From an uncultured Bifidobacterium sp. (GTDB lineage: Bacteria; Actinomycetota; Actinomycetes; S36-B12; UBA5976), in NCBI GenBank assembly GCA_964456135.1, contig CAYVZD010000003.1:18905-60293 (forward strand): a stretch of 41,389 bases of DNA. The letters are read 5' to 3'. The translations under genes and the position numbers were made by a program. Shown one piece after another: positions 20,723 through 31,759 of the stretch. Under the pieces are notes generated by a model. That model was not told the DNA's origin. It searched no databases and was given only the letters and a program-made list of their open reading frames with translations. Numbering within the stretch: position 1 is the stretch's first letter; the number at the start of each line of letters is the position of its first letter.

Positions 20723-21375
20723 TGAGTTGGGATGTCGTCCTATTTGATCTTGATGGGACTTTGACTGATTCAGGTCTTGGTGTTGGAAATGGCGTTCTTT
20801 ATGCAATTCGAGAAATGGGTTTTCCAGAACCAGAGCCAAGCGAGTTGCGCAAATACCTAGGCCCACCACTTTGGACTTCATTCCGAGATTTTGCTGGAAT
20901 GGATGAAGAGCAAACAAAATTAGCTGTTGAGTTATATCGAAAGTATTACAACGAAACTGGCGCTTATGAAAACAGTGTTTATCAAGGTATCCCAGAACTA
21001 TTAACTGAATTAAACAAAAAAGAAAAACGCCTAGCTGTTGCTACATCTAAAGTTGATTATGCGGCAGTAAATATATTGCGGCACTTTAATTTGGATCATC
21101 ACTTTGACGTAATTGCAGGTGGTGATGAACATGGAACGCATCGAGGCACAAAGGCATTGGTAATTGCACATGCGCTAGATGAATTAAGTATGTGTGACGG
21201 GGCTTCAATCGTGATGATCGGTGATCGCGAGCATGACGTCCATGGAGCCGCTGAACATAAATTGCCTGCAATCGGTGTTACTTGGGGTTACGCCGAAGAA
21301 GGCGAGTTAGCCAAAGCTGGGGCAATGGACATAGTTGATTCAGTTGACCAACTAGCCGAATTACTTCTTAGCTAA
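20722..21375 (+). CDS. HAD-superfamily hydrolase, subfamily IA (phosphoglycolate phosphatase-like)
   Basis: 217 aa. HAD motif I is VLFDLDGTLTDS, motif II is ATSK and motif IV is GDREHD. The ATG overlaps the trpS stop by 1 nt. Confidence 0.85.
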   Translation: MSWDVVLFDLDGTLTDSGLGVGNGVLYAIREMGFPEPEPSELRKYLGPPLWTSFRDFAGMDEEQTKLAVELYRKYYNETGAYENSVYQGIPELLTELNKKEKRLAVATSKVDYAAVNILRHFNLDHHFDVIAGGDEHGTHRGTKALVIAHALDELSMCDGASIVMIGDREHDVHGAAEHKLPAIGVTWGYAEEGELAKAGAMDIVDSVDQLAELLLS

Positions 21376-22184
21376 ATTTTTCCGCGGATTAAGGCTTGTT
21401 TAACTTCTGCAATTGCATGGGTAATTTGAATGCCACGTGGGCAGGCCTCAGTGCAGTTAAAAGTAGTGCGGCATCGCCAGACGCCCTCTTTACTATTTAA
21501 AATTTCCAGACGAGTTTCCGCAGCAGCATCGCGACTATCGAAGATAAAGCGGTGCGCACCAACAATTGCGGCCGGACCGAAGTACTGATTATCTGTCCAA
21601 AAAACAGGGCAGCTACTTGTACAGGCGGCGCACAAAATACATTTTGTGCTGTCATCAAATCTTGCCCGCTCTTCTTGGCTTTGAATTCGTTCCCGTGATG
21701 GCTCGTGACCCTTTGGAATTAGAAATGGCATAACCTCGCGATAGGCAGCGAAGAACGGTTCCATGTCAACAATCAAATCTTTTTCCAGTGGCAAACCTTT
21801 AATTGCCTCAACAGTAATTGGCTTAGTCGAATCTAAATCTTTTATTAGTGTTTTACATGCCAATCGGTTGCGACCATTAATTCTCATGGCATCTGAGCCG
21901 CAAATACCATGAGCACAAGAACGACGAAAACTTAACGTACCGTCTTGTTCCCATTTGATTTTGTGCAGTGCGTCCAAAATTCGATCCGTTGAAAATACTT
22001 CAACTTGGAAGTCTTGCCAGAATGGCTCTTGGTCTACTTCTGGATCAAATCGTCTAACACTTACTGTGACAGTAAAGGGTTTTGGCGCATCACTTGTTGT
22101 ATCACTCGCGGAGTTAATAACGCCTGGATCTACCGAATTCATGGTGCCGACAATGTCAGCTATCTCATCTGCCAAATATGTCAT
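21372..22184 (-). CDS. sdhB: succinate dehydrogenase iron-sulfur subunit
   Basis: 270 aa. The cluster ligand motifs are CAHGICGSDAMRINGRNRLAC, CILCAACTSSCP and CRTTFNCTEACPRG. The ATG shares one nucleotide with the sdhA stop (TAATG). Confidence 0.96.
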   Translation of the reverse strand: MTYLADEIADIVGTMNSVDPGVINSASDTTSDAPKPFTVTVSVRRFDPEVDQEPFWQDFQVEVFSTDRILDALHKIKWEQDGTLSFRRSCAHGICGSDAMRINGRNRLACKTLIKDLDSTKPITVEAIKGLPLEKDLIVDMEPFFAAYREVMPFLIPKGHEPSRERIQSQEERARFDDSTKCILCAACTSSCPVFWTDNQYFGPAAIVGAHRFIFDSRDAAAETRLEILNSKEGVWRCRTTFNCTEACPRGIQITHAIAEVKQALIRGKI

Positions 22185-23929
22185 TAGTACTTACGCTCCA
22201 TCGGTTCATACCTAGTCATTGAAACGGGTTTGTAATCTAGGCGAACACCTGTTTTTGGATCCGGGTAGGCCATAGTGTGTTTCATGAAATTCTTGTCATC
22301 GCGCGTTTGGTAATCTTCACGCGCGTGACCGCCCCGAGTTTCTTTCCGGGCAAGTGCACTTACTACTAGAACTTCGGCAAGTTCAAGCAAGAAGCCAAGT
22401 TCAACAGCTTCAAGTAAGTCGGTGTTATAACGCTTACCTTTATCGTGAATTCCAACGTTTTTGTAGCGCTCTTTGAGAACTTGAATATCAGAAAGCGCTT
22501 TGTTTAACGTTTCATCATTTCGGTAAACCTGCGCGTTTAAATCCATGGTCTCTTGAAGCTCTTTGCGAATTGCAGCGACTCGTTCAGTACCGTCACTTTC
22601 CTTAAGCCCGTTCACCAGTGCTTCAACGGCAGCAGCAGGGTTTTCAGGTAGCTCAACGAAGTAACTGTTTTGTGCGTGTTCCGCCGCATAAATACCAGCA
22701 CGACGACCGAATACGTTTATGTCTAAAAGGGAGTTTGTTCCCAGGCGATTGGCTCCGTGTACTGAAACGCATGCGACTTCACCAGCAGCAAACAATCCAG
22801 GAACAATGTCCGTGTTATTTCGCAATACTTGAGTTTCAACGTTTGTTGGTACTCCGCCCATTGCGTAGTGAGCCGTAGGGAATACCGGAACACGTTCCTT
22901 AATTGGGTCAACACCAAGGTAGGTACGAGCAAATTCAGTGATATCTGGAAGCTTCGATTCGATTTGTTCAGCTGGTAAATGAGTTAGGTCAAGATAGACG
23001 TAATCTTTATTTGGTCCAGCACCACGACCTTCACGAACCTCTTGCACCATTGCGCGAGCAACCATGTCACGTGGGGCTAAGTCTTTAATCGTCGGCGCGT
23101 AACGTTCCATGAAGCGCTCACCTGATGCATTGCGCAGGATTCCACCTTCGCCACGGGCACCTTCTGTTAATAAAACACCAAGTCCAGCTAGACCAGTTGG
23201 ATGGAACTGATAGAACTCCATGTCTTCTAGTGGCAGACCTTTTCGCCAAACAATTCCCATTCCATCGCCAGTCAAAGTGTGAGCGTTAGAAGTGGTTTTA
23301 AAAACTTTGCCAAAGCCACCGGTTGCTAATACAACACTCTTAGCTTGGAAAACGTGAATTTCACCAGTTGCTAGTTCATAGGCAACTACACCGGATGTGA
23401 CTGGATTTCCCTTTTCATCGTCAGTGAGAAGCAGATCCAAAACATAGAACTCGTTAAAGAATTCGACATCATTTTTAATGCAGTTTTGATAAAGAGTTTG
23501 CAGAATCATGTGACCAGTGCGGTCTGCTGCGAAACACGATCTACGCACAGCAGCCTCGCCGTGATTTCTGGTGTGACCACCGAATCGGCGCTGGTCAATT
23601 TTGCCTTCAGGTGTGCGGTTGAATGGCAGACCCATTTTTTCTAGATCGATAACTGCATCAATGGCTTCTTTACACATAACTTCAGCAGCATCTTGATCAA
23701 CTAGGTAGTCGCCACCTTTTACGGTGTCGAAAGTGTGCCATTCCCAGTTATCTTCTTCGACGTTTGCTAGCGCGGCACACATACCGCCTTGTGCAGCACC
23801 CGTGTGTGATCGGGTTGGATAAAGCTTTGTTAATACGGCTGTTCTAGCTCGGGTACTCGATTCAAGTGCCGCGCGCATGCCCGCGCCACCAGCTCCGACA
23901 ATAACAACGTCGTACTTGTGCGTTTGCAT
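22184..23929 (-). CDS. sdhA: succinate dehydrogenase flavoprotein subunit
   Basis: 581 aa. It has the FAD motif [14 protein letters not shown], the covalent-FAD His region [10 protein letters not shown], and HPTG/GARGEGG. Confidence 0.97.
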   Translation of the reverse strand: MQTHKYDVVIVGAGGAGMRAALESSTRARTAVLTKLYPTRSHTGAAQGGMCAALANVEEDNWEWHTFDTVKGGDYLVDQDAAEVMCKEAIDAVIDLEKMGLPFNRTPEGKIDQRRFGGHTRNHGEAAVRRSCFAADRTGHMILQTLYQNCIKNDVEFFNEFYVLDLLLTDDEKGNPVTSGVVAYELATGEIHVFQAKSVVLATGGFGKVFKTTSNAHTLTGDGMGIVWRKGLPLEDMEFYQFHPTGLAGLGVLLTEGARGEGGILRNASGERFMERYAPTIKDLAPRDMVARAMVQEVREGRGAGPNKDYVYLDLTHLPAEQIESKLPDITEFARTYLGVDPIKERVPVFPTAHYAMGGVPTNVETQVLRNNTDIVPGLFAAGEVACVSVHGANRLGTNSLLDINVFGRRAGIYAAEHAQNSYFVELPENPAAAVEALVNGLKESDGTERVAAIRKELQETMDLNAQVYRNDETLNKALSDIQVLKERYKNVGIHDKGKRYNTDLLEAVELGFLLELAEVLVVSALARKETRGGHAREDYQTRDDKNFMKHTMAYPDPKTGVRLDYKPVSMTRYEPMERKY

Positions 23930-23943
23930 TTAACTCCTTGGCC

Positions 23944-24351
23944 TTAGCCGATATTTGGATCGAAAGTGAAAATAACTAAAGTGCCAAGCATCAAAATGAA
24001 TACGGTCGACACGTAAAGCAATGACTTTAAAATCACGCGAGTATTGTCGCGTTCGGCATAGTCATTAATAATCGTGCGCAATCCGTTGCCACCATGAAGT
24101 AGGGCTAACCAAAGTTGAATTAAATCCCAGGCCTGCCAAAACGGACTCGACCATCTGCCAGCAACAAATGCAAAATTGATTCGTTGAACGCCACCATCAA
24201 GAATGTTCATAATAAAAAGGTGACCCAGAACGAGAAATACCAGCACAACGCCGGAAATTCGCATAAATAACCAAGAATAAAGTTCGTAATTTGTTCGGCC
24301 ACTTCGGCTGGAACGCGGTGCTAATAAAGCTTCAGGTGTTTTTGTACTCAT
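23944..24351 (-). CDS. sdhD: succinate dehydrogenase hydrophobic membrane anchor subunit
   Basis: 135 aa with 3 TM helices. It is the second gene of the sdhCDAB-ordered operon. Confidence 0.8.
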   Translation of the reverse strand: MSTKTPEALLAPRSSRSGRTNYELYSWLFMRISGVVLVFLVLGHLFIMNILDGGVQRINFAFVAGRWSSPFWQAWDLIQLWLALLHGGNGLRTIINDYAERDNTRVILKSLLYVSTVFILMLGTLVIFTFDPNIG

Positions 24352-24353
24352 GA

Positions 24354-24740
24354 TTATTTACCAAACAAACTTTCAATCGTGTGAATCATCATGAAGTAAG
24401 TTCCTGGAATCATTACGGCCACCCAGATTCCAACGATGATCCAAAGTAACTGGCGATGGTACTTAGTACCTTTACTCCAAAAATCAACCAAAATAAGACG
24501 GATTCCATTTAGGGCATGGAATAGAACTGCACCAACTAATCCGACTTCGAGTAGGTTCACGATCGGTGTTTTATAAGTATCAATCACTCGGTCGTATGCA
24601 TCAGGAGATACTCGAACTAATGCAGTATCTAATACATGCACGAATAAAAAGAAAAAGACAGCAACACCAGTTATCCGATGTGCTACCCAAGACCACATAC
24701 CCTCGCGACCGCGATAGAGGGTTCCGTTTATTGACGCCAC
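24354..24740 (-). CDS. sdhC: succinate dehydrogenase cytochrome b subunit
   Basis: 128 aa with 3 TM helices (HRITGVAVFFFLFVHV is the heme-ligand His region). It is the first gene of the operon. Confidence 0.82.
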   Translation of the reverse strand: MASINGTLYRGREGMWSWVAHRITGVAVFFFLFVHVLDTALVRVSPDAYDRVIDTYKTPIVNLLEVGLVGAVLFHALNGIRLILVDFWSKGTKYHRQLLWIIVGIWVAVMIPGTYFMMIHTIESLFGK

Positions 24741-24839
24741 TAAGTGACCTTTCGGTAAAACTGTTGGATTACCTACAGATTAGTGCCGATATGGGGTGCT
24801 TGGCTTCGCCAGATCCCTTTTTGTCAGTAACCTCACATC

Positions 24840-26411
24840 ATGGGTATTTCGGAATCTGGGTTTCCGGTAAAGCCGGTTTACCGCCCAGCTGACCTGACAG
24901 ATTGGGATTCTTCAACCGCACTGGGTGAACCCGGACAGTTCCCGTTCACTCGTGGCGTTTACTCATCGATGTACACGGGTCGCCCCTGGACCATGCGCCA
25001 ATATGCCGGTTTTGGCAGCGCCACTGAATCAAATCGCCGGTATCACGAATTAATTAAAGCTGGGTCAACAGGACTAAGCGTCGCCTTCGATTTACCAACT
25101 CAAATGGGTTACGACTCAGATCACTCTTTGGCACATGGCGAAGTTGGCAAAGTCGGTGTGGCTATCGACTCAATTGACGATATGCGCGAACTATTCGACG
25201 GAATCGCACTTGATCAAATCTCAACTTCGATGACTATCAACGCCCCGGCGGCAACATTACTTTTGATGTATCAGATTATCGCTGAAGAAAAAGGGATCTC
25301 TGGCAATTCTTTAACCGGAACAATTCAAAATGATGTACTAAAAGAATATATTTCCCGTGGCACATATATTTACCCTCCTAACCAATCGCTGCGTCTAATT
25401 ACGGACATCTTTAAATACTGCAAAGTTGAATTACCGAAATGGAATACTATTTCGATTTCTGGATATCACATGAGCGAAGCAGGTGCGACTCCTGCTCAAG
25501 AAGTTGCCTTTACGCTAGCGAATGGAATTGAGTATGTCCGAGCAGCAATAAATGCTGGGCTGGACGTTGATGATTTTGCGCCTCGTCTTGCATTCTTTTT
25601 TGTCGCAAGAACAGTTTTATTGGAAGAAGTTGCTAAATTCCGCGCAGCTAGAAGAATTTGGGCACGGATAATGAAAAATGAATTTGGTGCTAAAGACCCA
25701 AAAAGCCAAATGCTCAGATTCCATACTCAAACAGCCGGTGTTCAACTGGCAGCGCAGCAACCTGAAGTAAATCTCATGCGCATTACGGTGCAAGCATTGG
25801 CTGCAATTTTTGGTGGTACTCAGTCACTTCATACAAATTCTTATGACGAAGCGATTGCTTTGCCCACTGAAAAAGCAGCAAGGTTAGCTGTTCGAACTCA
25901 GCAAGTCTTGGCTTATGAAACAGACATTACAAACACCGTGGATCCGTTTGCCGGTTCTTATGCCGTTGAAGCCATGACTGATTCAGTCGAGGCTGAGATT
26001 TTGCGCTTGATGGAAAAAATTGAACAACTTGGTGGTGCGGCTGCAGCAGTCGAAATTGGTTACCAGAAAAATGCAATAGAAGAAACTGCGTACGACTATG
26101 CACTTCAAATAGAAAAAGGTGAACGCATAGTTGTTGGGGTTAATAAATTCGAAATTGCAGAAGAAGAAAAATACGAACCACTAAAAGTTGATTTAGCAAT
26201 CGAGCAAGCTCAAAAAGAAAAGTTAGAAAAACTTCGAAAATCTAGGGATAACGAAGGCGTACAAGCTGCTCTAGTTGAGTTAAAAAATGCGGCGGCTTCG
26301 ACTGAAAATGTACTTTATCCAATGAAGAAAGCCCTTCAACTAAGGGCAACCGGTGGTGAAGTAGCTGACGCATTGCGTGAAGTTTGGGGAAGTTACCAAC
26401 CGCTAAAATAA
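24840..26411 (+). CDS. methylmalonyl-CoA mutase, catalytic (TIM-barrel) large subunit lacking the B12 domain
   Basis: 523 aa. It has FPFTRGVY, RPWTMRQYAGFG, GLSVAFDLPTQMGYDSD, TIQNDVLKEYISRGTYIYPP and ISISGYHM. It ends after the linker helices, with no DxHxxG domain. Tyr55 in RQYAGF and Arg173 in ISRGTY match the Tyr/Arg pair that distinguishes MCM from isobutyryl-CoA mutase (Phe/Gln), from memory. Confidence 0.9.
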   Translation: MGISESGFPVKPVYRPADLTDWDSSTALGEPGQFPFTRGVYSSMYTGRPWTMRQYAGFGSATESNRRYHELIKAGSTGLSVAFDLPTQMGYDSDHSLAHGEVGKVGVAIDSIDDMRELFDGIALDQISTSMTINAPAATLLLMYQIIAEEKGISGNSLTGTIQNDVLKEYISRGTYIYPPNQSLRLITDIFKYCKVELPKWNTISISGYHMSEAGATPAQEVAFTLANGIEYVRAAINAGLDVDDFAPRLAFFFVARTVLLEEVAKFRAARRIWARIMKNEFGAKDPKSQMLRFHTQTAGVQLAAQQPEVNLMRITVQALAAIFGGTQSLHTNSYDEAIALPTEKAARLAVRTQQVLAYETDITNTVDPFAGSYAVEAMTDSVEAEILRLMEKIEQLGGAAAAVEIGYQKNAIEETAYDYALQIEKGERIVVGVNKFEIAEEEKYEPLKVDLAIEQAQKEKLEKLRKSRDNEGVQAALVELKNAAASTENVLYPMKKALQLRATGGEVADALREVWGSYQPLK

Positions 26412-26479
26412 TTTTGATTACGGAATGCCCTGCTGGCCCACTATGTCGGCGGCCCGTACATCTAGTTTCTGGCGGGTAA

Positions 26480-27868
26480 ATGAACCACGAGAAGCAAGTT
26501 GAGTCAAAAGCAACTCAAATGCATGAATTCGATTCACAATCAACAGAGATTATTTTCTCTTACCTAAGAGAAAGACTTTCACTCAAAGAAACTCCTCTAG
26601 ATTTTCCTGGCGACAAGAATGCTTTGGCCAATGCAATTTCAGGTTTGATAAATCCAAATGGAAATTCAATTTCTAAAGTCATGGAAATTTATGACCAAGT
26701 TATTTCACGCTCAGTAATTTCAGGTGATAGCCCAAGATTTTTTGCCTTCATTCCAGTGGCCCCGACAAAGGCTTCATTATTATTCGACATGATTGTTTCT
26801 GCTGCCTCTTTGCAGGGAATTTCATGGCTAGAAGCTGCCGGAGCTGTTGCTGCAGAAAATCAAGTTTTACATTGGATGGCTGACAGTGCTGGATTACCAA
26901 ATACAGCAGGCGGAACTTTTGTTTCCGGAGGTTCAGCAGCAAACCTGGCTGCCTTAACTGTCGCACGAGATATTGGTCGGCGCAAAATAGATTCAACTGG
27001 AAAACGAATTCCGGTTCGGATAGCAATGAGCAAGCAAGCTCATTCATCTATTGGCAATTCACTTTCAATATTGGATGTTGAGCCACTATTAATTGAGACA
27101 AAAACTGATCAGCTAACTGGAGCTGATTTACGTTTGGCACTTGCTAACCAAGATCCGTCTCAACCACCTGTAGTTGCTGTAGTGGCAACCGCAGGTACGA
27201 CAAATGCTGGAATTGTCGATGATCTATTGAGTATTAGCGAAGTGGCTAAAGAATATGATTTGTGGTTTCACGTAGATGCAGCTTATGGTGGCGCTGCATT
27301 ACTAGCCCCAAGTGTGAAATCACTTTTTTCCGGAATTGAATTCGCCGATTCAATAACAATGGATCCACATAAATGGTGGTTTGCCCCATTTGATGTTGCG
27401 GCAATACTTTATCGAGATCCTAAGTTAGCCAAAGGTGTTCACACACAAAATGCGTCCTACTTGGATGTTTTACATTCCGAAGAAGAAGTTTGGAATCCGA
27501 CGGATTATGCCTATCACTTAACGAGACGAGCAAGAGGTTTGCCGCTTTGGTTCTCGGTCGTCGTTAATGGAACAAATGCTTATCGAGATGCAGTTGAAGC
27601 ATCTTTAACTTTGACGCGAGACGTTGCGCAAATAATTCGAAATCATCCAGATCTTGAGTTAGTTATCGAGCCAACTCTTTCAATAATTCTGTGGCGCCGA
27701 AAAGGATGGCAGCCGCAAGATTATGCCAAGTTGCAAGACCGACTTTTGGAAAGCCAAGTTGCATTTGTGACGCCAACTACCTGGAAGGGTGAAACTGTTG
27801 GTCGTTTTGCATTTGTTAATCCAAATTCGACTCTTCAAATGGTGAATGAAATTTTTGCTCAAATTTAA
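26480..27868 (+). CDS. pyridoxal-phosphate-dependent group II amino-acid decarboxylase
   Basis: 462 aa. It has SPRFFAFIP, SGGSAANLAAL, HVDAAYGGAAL and the PLP-lysine motif DPHKWWFAPFD. The substrate (aromatic amino acid, diaminobutyrate or glutamate type) cannot be read from the sequence. Confidence 0.85.
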   Translation: MNHEKQVESKATQMHEFDSQSTEIIFSYLRERLSLKETPLDFPGDKNALANAISGLINPNGNSISKVMEIYDQVISRSVISGDSPRFFAFIPVAPTKASLLFDMIVSAASLQGISWLEAAGAVAAENQVLHWMADSAGLPNTAGGTFVSGGSAANLAALTVARDIGRRKIDSTGKRIPVRIAMSKQAHSSIGNSLSILDVEPLLIETKTDQLTGADLRLALANQDPSQPPVVAVVATAGTTNAGIVDDLLSISEVAKEYDLWFHVDAAYGGAALLAPSVKSLFSGIEFADSITMDPHKWWFAPFDVAAILYRDPKLAKGVHTQNASYLDVLHSEEEVWNPTDYAYHLTRRARGLPLWFSVVVNGTNAYRDAVEASLTLTRDVAQIIRNHPDLELVIEPTLSIILWRRKGWQPQDYAKLQDRLLESQVAFVTPTTWKGETVGRFAFVNPNSTLQMVNEIFAQI

Positions 27869-27925
27869 TGAAAAAACTTCGAAAGTTAATGCATAAATTG
27901 CTACCGAGTAAGGAAATATAGACAG

Positions 27926-29296
27926 GTGCCCAAAGTAGTAATTATTGGTGGCGGCCCAGGCGGTTACGAGGCAGCTTTAGTTGCAACTCAACTTGGTGGC
28001 GAAGTGACTCTAATTGAACGCGACGGAGTTGGGGGAGCCGCCGTACTAACCGATGTCGTGCCAAGCAAAGCGCTAGTTGCTGTTGCTGAGGCTGCTACTG
28101 ATGCTCGGAGTGCGAACGTAATTGGTGTTCAAACTTCGGATGTAACCATTGAGTTTCAAAAAGTGAATGCCAGACTTAAACAGTGGGCCACCAATCAAAG
28201 CAGACATATTTTTGACTCGCTTATTGCCGCTGGAGTTCAAGTAATAAATGGATCCGGTGAATTGGTTAGTGCAAATCAAGTCAAGGTTGTTAGCACAAGT
28301 GGCCAACAGATACTTGATGCAGATGTGATTTTACTTTCAACCGGGGCACGGCCACGCGAACTTTCCACTGCACTTCCAGATGGTGAACGGATACTAAATT
28401 GGAAGCAACTATATGATTTGCCCGAATTACCTGAGAAATTAATAGTTGTTGGATCCGGTGTGACGGGTGCTGAATTTGCAGGTGCATATCAAGCACTTGG
28501 TTCAAATGTTGTTTTAGTTTCTTCTCGCGAGCAGGTTTTACCCGGTGAAGACTCAGATGCAGCTGCAGTAATAGAACAAGTATTCAGCGACCGCGGAATG
28601 ACGGTACTGAGCAAATCAAGAGCAAAAGCTGTCCGGCGTACTGCCTTAGGCGTAGAAGTTGAGCTTGAATCTGGCGAGATTGTTGATGGCACACACTGTT
28701 TAATCGCAGTTGGAGCCATCCCAAATACAGAGTCACTTAATTTATCTGCTGCTGGTGTTGAGAAAAATGATTCAGGTTTTATTAACGTCGATAAAGTTTC
28801 TCGGACAAACATTCGGGGAATTTATGCTGCTGGTGATTGCACCGGTGTCTTAATGCTTGCATCAGTTGCCGCAATGCAAGGTCGCATTGCGATGCGCCAT
28901 GCGCTGGGGGATGCGGTAAACCCGCTGAACTTAGAAACAGTTTCAAGCAATGTATTTACTGATCCAGAAATTGCGACAGTAGGACTTTCTCAACGTGAAG
29001 CTGAAAGTCAAGCCGATTCCGTTGAGACGGTGATGCTTCCCTTAGCAACAAATGCTCGGGCAAAAATGCAAGGGATCACAGAAGGGTTTGTGAAACTTTA
29101 TTGCAAAACTGACTCTGGAATTGTTGTTGGCGGAGTTGTGGTGGCACCGAAAGCAAGTGAATTAATTTTTGCAATCGCACTTGCAGTAGAAAACCGCCTA
29201 TCGGTAGAACAAATTTCACAGACAATTACTGTTTATCCATCACTAAGCGGATCTGTAGCCGAGGCTGCTCGCCGGTTACGTTTTCGAAATAGTTAG
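27926..29296 (+). CDS. LpdA-type flavoprotein (pyridine nucleotide-disulfide oxidoreductase fold, NAD(P)H-quinone reductase-like) without a redox disulfide
   Basis: 456 aa with a GTG start. The FAD motif is [14 protein letters not shown] and the NAD motif is [12 protein letters not shown]. The position of the E3 motif GGTCLNVGCIPSK reads [13 protein letters not shown]. The C-terminal HPT(L/S)SE reads VYPSLSGS. This resembles M. tuberculosis LpdA/Rv3303c rather than a true dihydrolipoyl dehydrogenase (from memory). Confidence 0.8.
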   Translation: MPKVVIIGGGPGGYEAALVATQLGGEVTLIERDGVGGAAVLTDVVPSKALVAVAEAATDARSANVIGVQTSDVTIEFQKVNARLKQWATNQSRHIFDSLIAAGVQVINGSGELVSANQVKVVSTSGQQILDADVILLSTGARPRELSTALPDGERILNWKQLYDLPELPEKLIVVGSGVTGAEFAGAYQALGSNVVLVSSREQVLPGEDSDAAAVIEQVFSDRGMTVLSKSRAKAVRRTALGVEVELESGEIVDGTHCLIAVGAIPNTESLNLSAAGVEKNDSGFINVDKVSRTNIRGIYAAGDCTGVLMLASVAAMQGRIAMRHALGDAVNPLNLETVSSNVFTDPEIATVGLSQREAESQADSVETVMLPLATNARAKMQGITEGFVKLYCKTDSGIVVGGVVVAPKASELIFAIALAVENRLSVEQISQTITVYPSLSGSVAEAARRLRFRNS

Positions 29297-31065
29297 TCAG
29301 TAATTTCTAACAGCACGATGCCACTTGGCACAGTTGTGCCAATTTGTGCAGTTAAGTTGGTCACCGTGCCTGATTTGTGGGCAGTCAATGGTTGCTCCAT
29401 TTTCATCGCCTCTAAAACAATAACTAAGTCACCTTGGTTAACTGACTGACCATCACTCACAGCAACTTTTACTATCGTTCCTTGCATCGGTGATGTGACT
29501 GAATTTCCGGAAGCTCCAGCAGCAGCTTTTTTAACAGACCTTTTTGGAGCGCTACCAGCTGAATTATTTGCTGATTTTGATATTGCCAAATCTGCTGGAA
29601 GTACCACTTCTACTCGGCGACCATTTACTTCGACAGTAATCGGAGCGCGTTGAGCAGATTGAGTTAGCTCGCCTTGATCTCCTGAATAAGGAGGGATTTG
29701 ATTATTGAATTCCGTCTCTATCCAGCGAGTATGAACTTTAAAGGATTCCGCAGGATCAAGAGGAGCAAACGCTGGGTCGTTAACCACAACTTGATGGAAA
29801 GTTAATGCAGTTGCGATTCCATTTATTTGGAATTCAGAAAGCGCACGACGTGATCTTTCAATTGCCTCGTTGCGATCACGTCCAGTCACAATTAATTTAG
29901 CCAGCAGCGAATCGAAATTGCCGCCAATCACATCACCTTGAGTAAATCCAGCATCAAGGCGAATTCCTGGACCACTTGGTGGTTCCCAAACGGTTAATGA
30001 ACCTGGAGCAGGTAAAAATCCGCGACCTGGATCTTCACCATTAATTCGAAATTCAATTGAATGTCCGCGAATTTCAGGATCTGAGTATCCAAGTTTTTCA
30101 CCCTGGGCAATTCTGAATTGTTCACGAACTAAATCGAGTCCAGTTACCTCTTCGCTAACAGGATGTTCAACCTGCAAGCGAGTATTTACCTCAAGAAAAG
30201 AAATAGTTCCATCCGCACCAATAAGAAATTCACAGGTTCCGGCGCCAACGTATCCAGCTTCTTTCATGATGGCTTTACTTGATGCATAGAGCTCATCCCG
30301 TTGTGCATCCGTCAAAAACGGTGCCGGAGCTTCTTCAACTAATTTTTGGTGACGCCTTTGTAGCGAGCAGTCACGGGTCGAAACAACGACTACGTTTCCA
30401 TGTTCATCTGCCAAACACTGAGTTTCAACGTGACGAGGATTATCTAAGTAACGTTCCACGAAACATTCACCACGACCGAATGCGGCAACTGCTTCACGAA
30501 CAGCAGATTCATAAAGTTCAGGAATTTCTTCAAGTGTTCGAGCAACTTTTAAGCCGCGACCACCGCCACCAAATGCCGCCTTGATCGCGATAGGCAAGCC
30601 ATTTTCTTTAGCAAATGCCACGACTTCAGAACTATCTTTTACTGGGTCAGCCGTTCCCTTTACTTGAGGAGCACCTGCTTTGGCCGCGATATGTCTGGCC
30701 GAAACTTTGTCACCTAGGTCGCGAATAGCTGCTGGTGGGGGACCAATCCAAATAAGTCCAGCATCAATAACCGCTTGGGCGAAGTCTGCATTTTCGGATA
30801 GAAAGCCGTACCCGGGATGAATTGCGTTTGCCCCAGATTTTTTTGCCGTTGCAATAATTTTGTCTATTACTAAGTAACTTTCAGCTGCAGTTTGGCCACC
30901 AAGAGCGAAAGCCTCATCAGCAGCCTTGACATGTAAAGCGTCTCGGTCAGGCTCGGCATAGACGGCGATACTTTTGTACCCAGCATCTTTACAGGCTCGA
31001 GCAACGCGAATTGCAATTTCGCCTCTATTGGCGATCAGTACCGATTTAATTTTTCGGTTACTCAC
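29293..31065 (-). CDS. accA3: acetyl/propionyl-CoA carboxylase alpha subunit (biotin carboxylase + BCCP)
   Basis: 590 aa with a GTG start. It has a biotin carboxylase ATP-grasp domain ([22 protein letters not shown]) and a C-terminal biotinyl domain with EAMKME. The symbol follows mycobacterial nomenclature, on synteny grounds. Confidence 0.93.
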   Translation of the reverse strand: MSNRKIKSVLIANRGEIAIRVARACKDAGYKSIAVYAEPDRDALHVKAADEAFALGGQTAAESYLVIDKIIATAKKSGANAIHPGYGFLSENADFAQAVIDAGLIWIGPPPAAIRDLGDKVSARHIAAKAGAPQVKGTADPVKDSSEVVAFAKENGLPIAIKAAFGGGGRGLKVARTLEEIPELYESAVREAVAAFGRGECFVERYLDNPRHVETQCLADEHGNVVVVSTRDCSLQRRHQKLVEEAPAPFLTDAQRDELYASSKAIMKEAGYVGAGTCEFLIGADGTISFLEVNTRLQVEHPVSEEVTGLDLVREQFRIAQGEKLGYSDPEIRGHSIEFRINGEDPGRGFLPAPGSLTVWEPPSGPGIRLDAGFTQGDVIGGNFDSLLAKLIVTGRDRNEAIERSRRALSEFQINGIATALTFHQVVVNDPAFAPLDPAESFKVHTRWIETEFNNQIPPYSGDQGELTQSAQRAPITVEVNGRRVEVVLPADLAISKSANNSAGSAPKRSVKKAAAGASGNSVTSPMQGTIVKVAVSDGQSVNQGDLVIVLEAMKMEQPLTAHKSGTVTNLTAQIGTTVPSGIVLLEITD

Positions 31066-31134
31066 CTAGAACCCCTGTCGAAATACCCTGTTTGGCAAGT
31101 CTATTGTTTCGTAACCCAAGAATAAATATGTGGT

Positions 31135-31755
31135 TTAGTTATCCCACAATTCTGTCCAAGAAATGCCAATCTTTGCAGTTAATTCACGGATCAATAACAT
31201 CGACATTCCTGCAACAGCAGCCACATCACCTTCTATTGATTTTATGAATGCTGCACTTCTACCTTCGTGCGTAAAAGCACCCGCAACATTTAATGGTTCA
31301 CCCGAAGCAACATATCTACCTATTTCTTCGTCGCTTACGTTCGCAAAATGAATATGTGCACCTGCTACACCAGTAATTTCTTGGCCGGTGACCAAATCAG
31401 TAATCCAATGCCCACTATGAAGATAACCAGACTTACCACGCATTGCTTGCCAACGAAGTTTTGCATTTTCGGGAGTTAGTGGTTTGCCATACATTTGCCC
31501 ATCAAATTCCAACATTGAGTCGGCGGCGATGATCAGCAGATTTCGATTTTCTGTGACAGTTATGTCGCTGGCAACCGCTTTACCTTTTGCGGTTGCAAGT
31601 TTTTCAACTAAACCTGCAGGAGAAATTTGTCCGAGTTGTGCTGCAATTGCATCTTCATCTACCGCACTTACTTGGACAAGTGGCGTGACTCCACCATCAA
31701 TAAGTAATCGATATCGTGATGCCGATGCTGAAGCAAGTAGGACTTGACGTTTCAT
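31135..31755 (-). CDS. maf: Maf-family nucleoside triphosphate pyrophosphatase
   Basis: I prefer the start at the ATG at 31755 (MKRQVLLASASASRYRLL...), 4 nt after the accE stop. This gives 206 aa with a Maf-like N-terminal motif. The track ORF start at 31836 would overlap the epsilon-subunit gene. Confidence 0.85.
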   Translation of the reverse strand: MKRQVLLASASASRYRLLIDGGVTPLVQVSAVDEDAIAAQLGQISPAGLVEKLATAKGKAVASDITVTENRNLLIIAADSMLEFDGQMYGKPLTPENAKLRWQAMRGKSGYLHSGHWITDLVTGQEITGVAGAHIHFANVSDEEIGRYVASGEPLNVAGAFTHEGRSAAFIKSIEGDVAAVAGMSMLLIRELTAKIGISWTELWDN

Positions 31756-31759
31756 TTGA

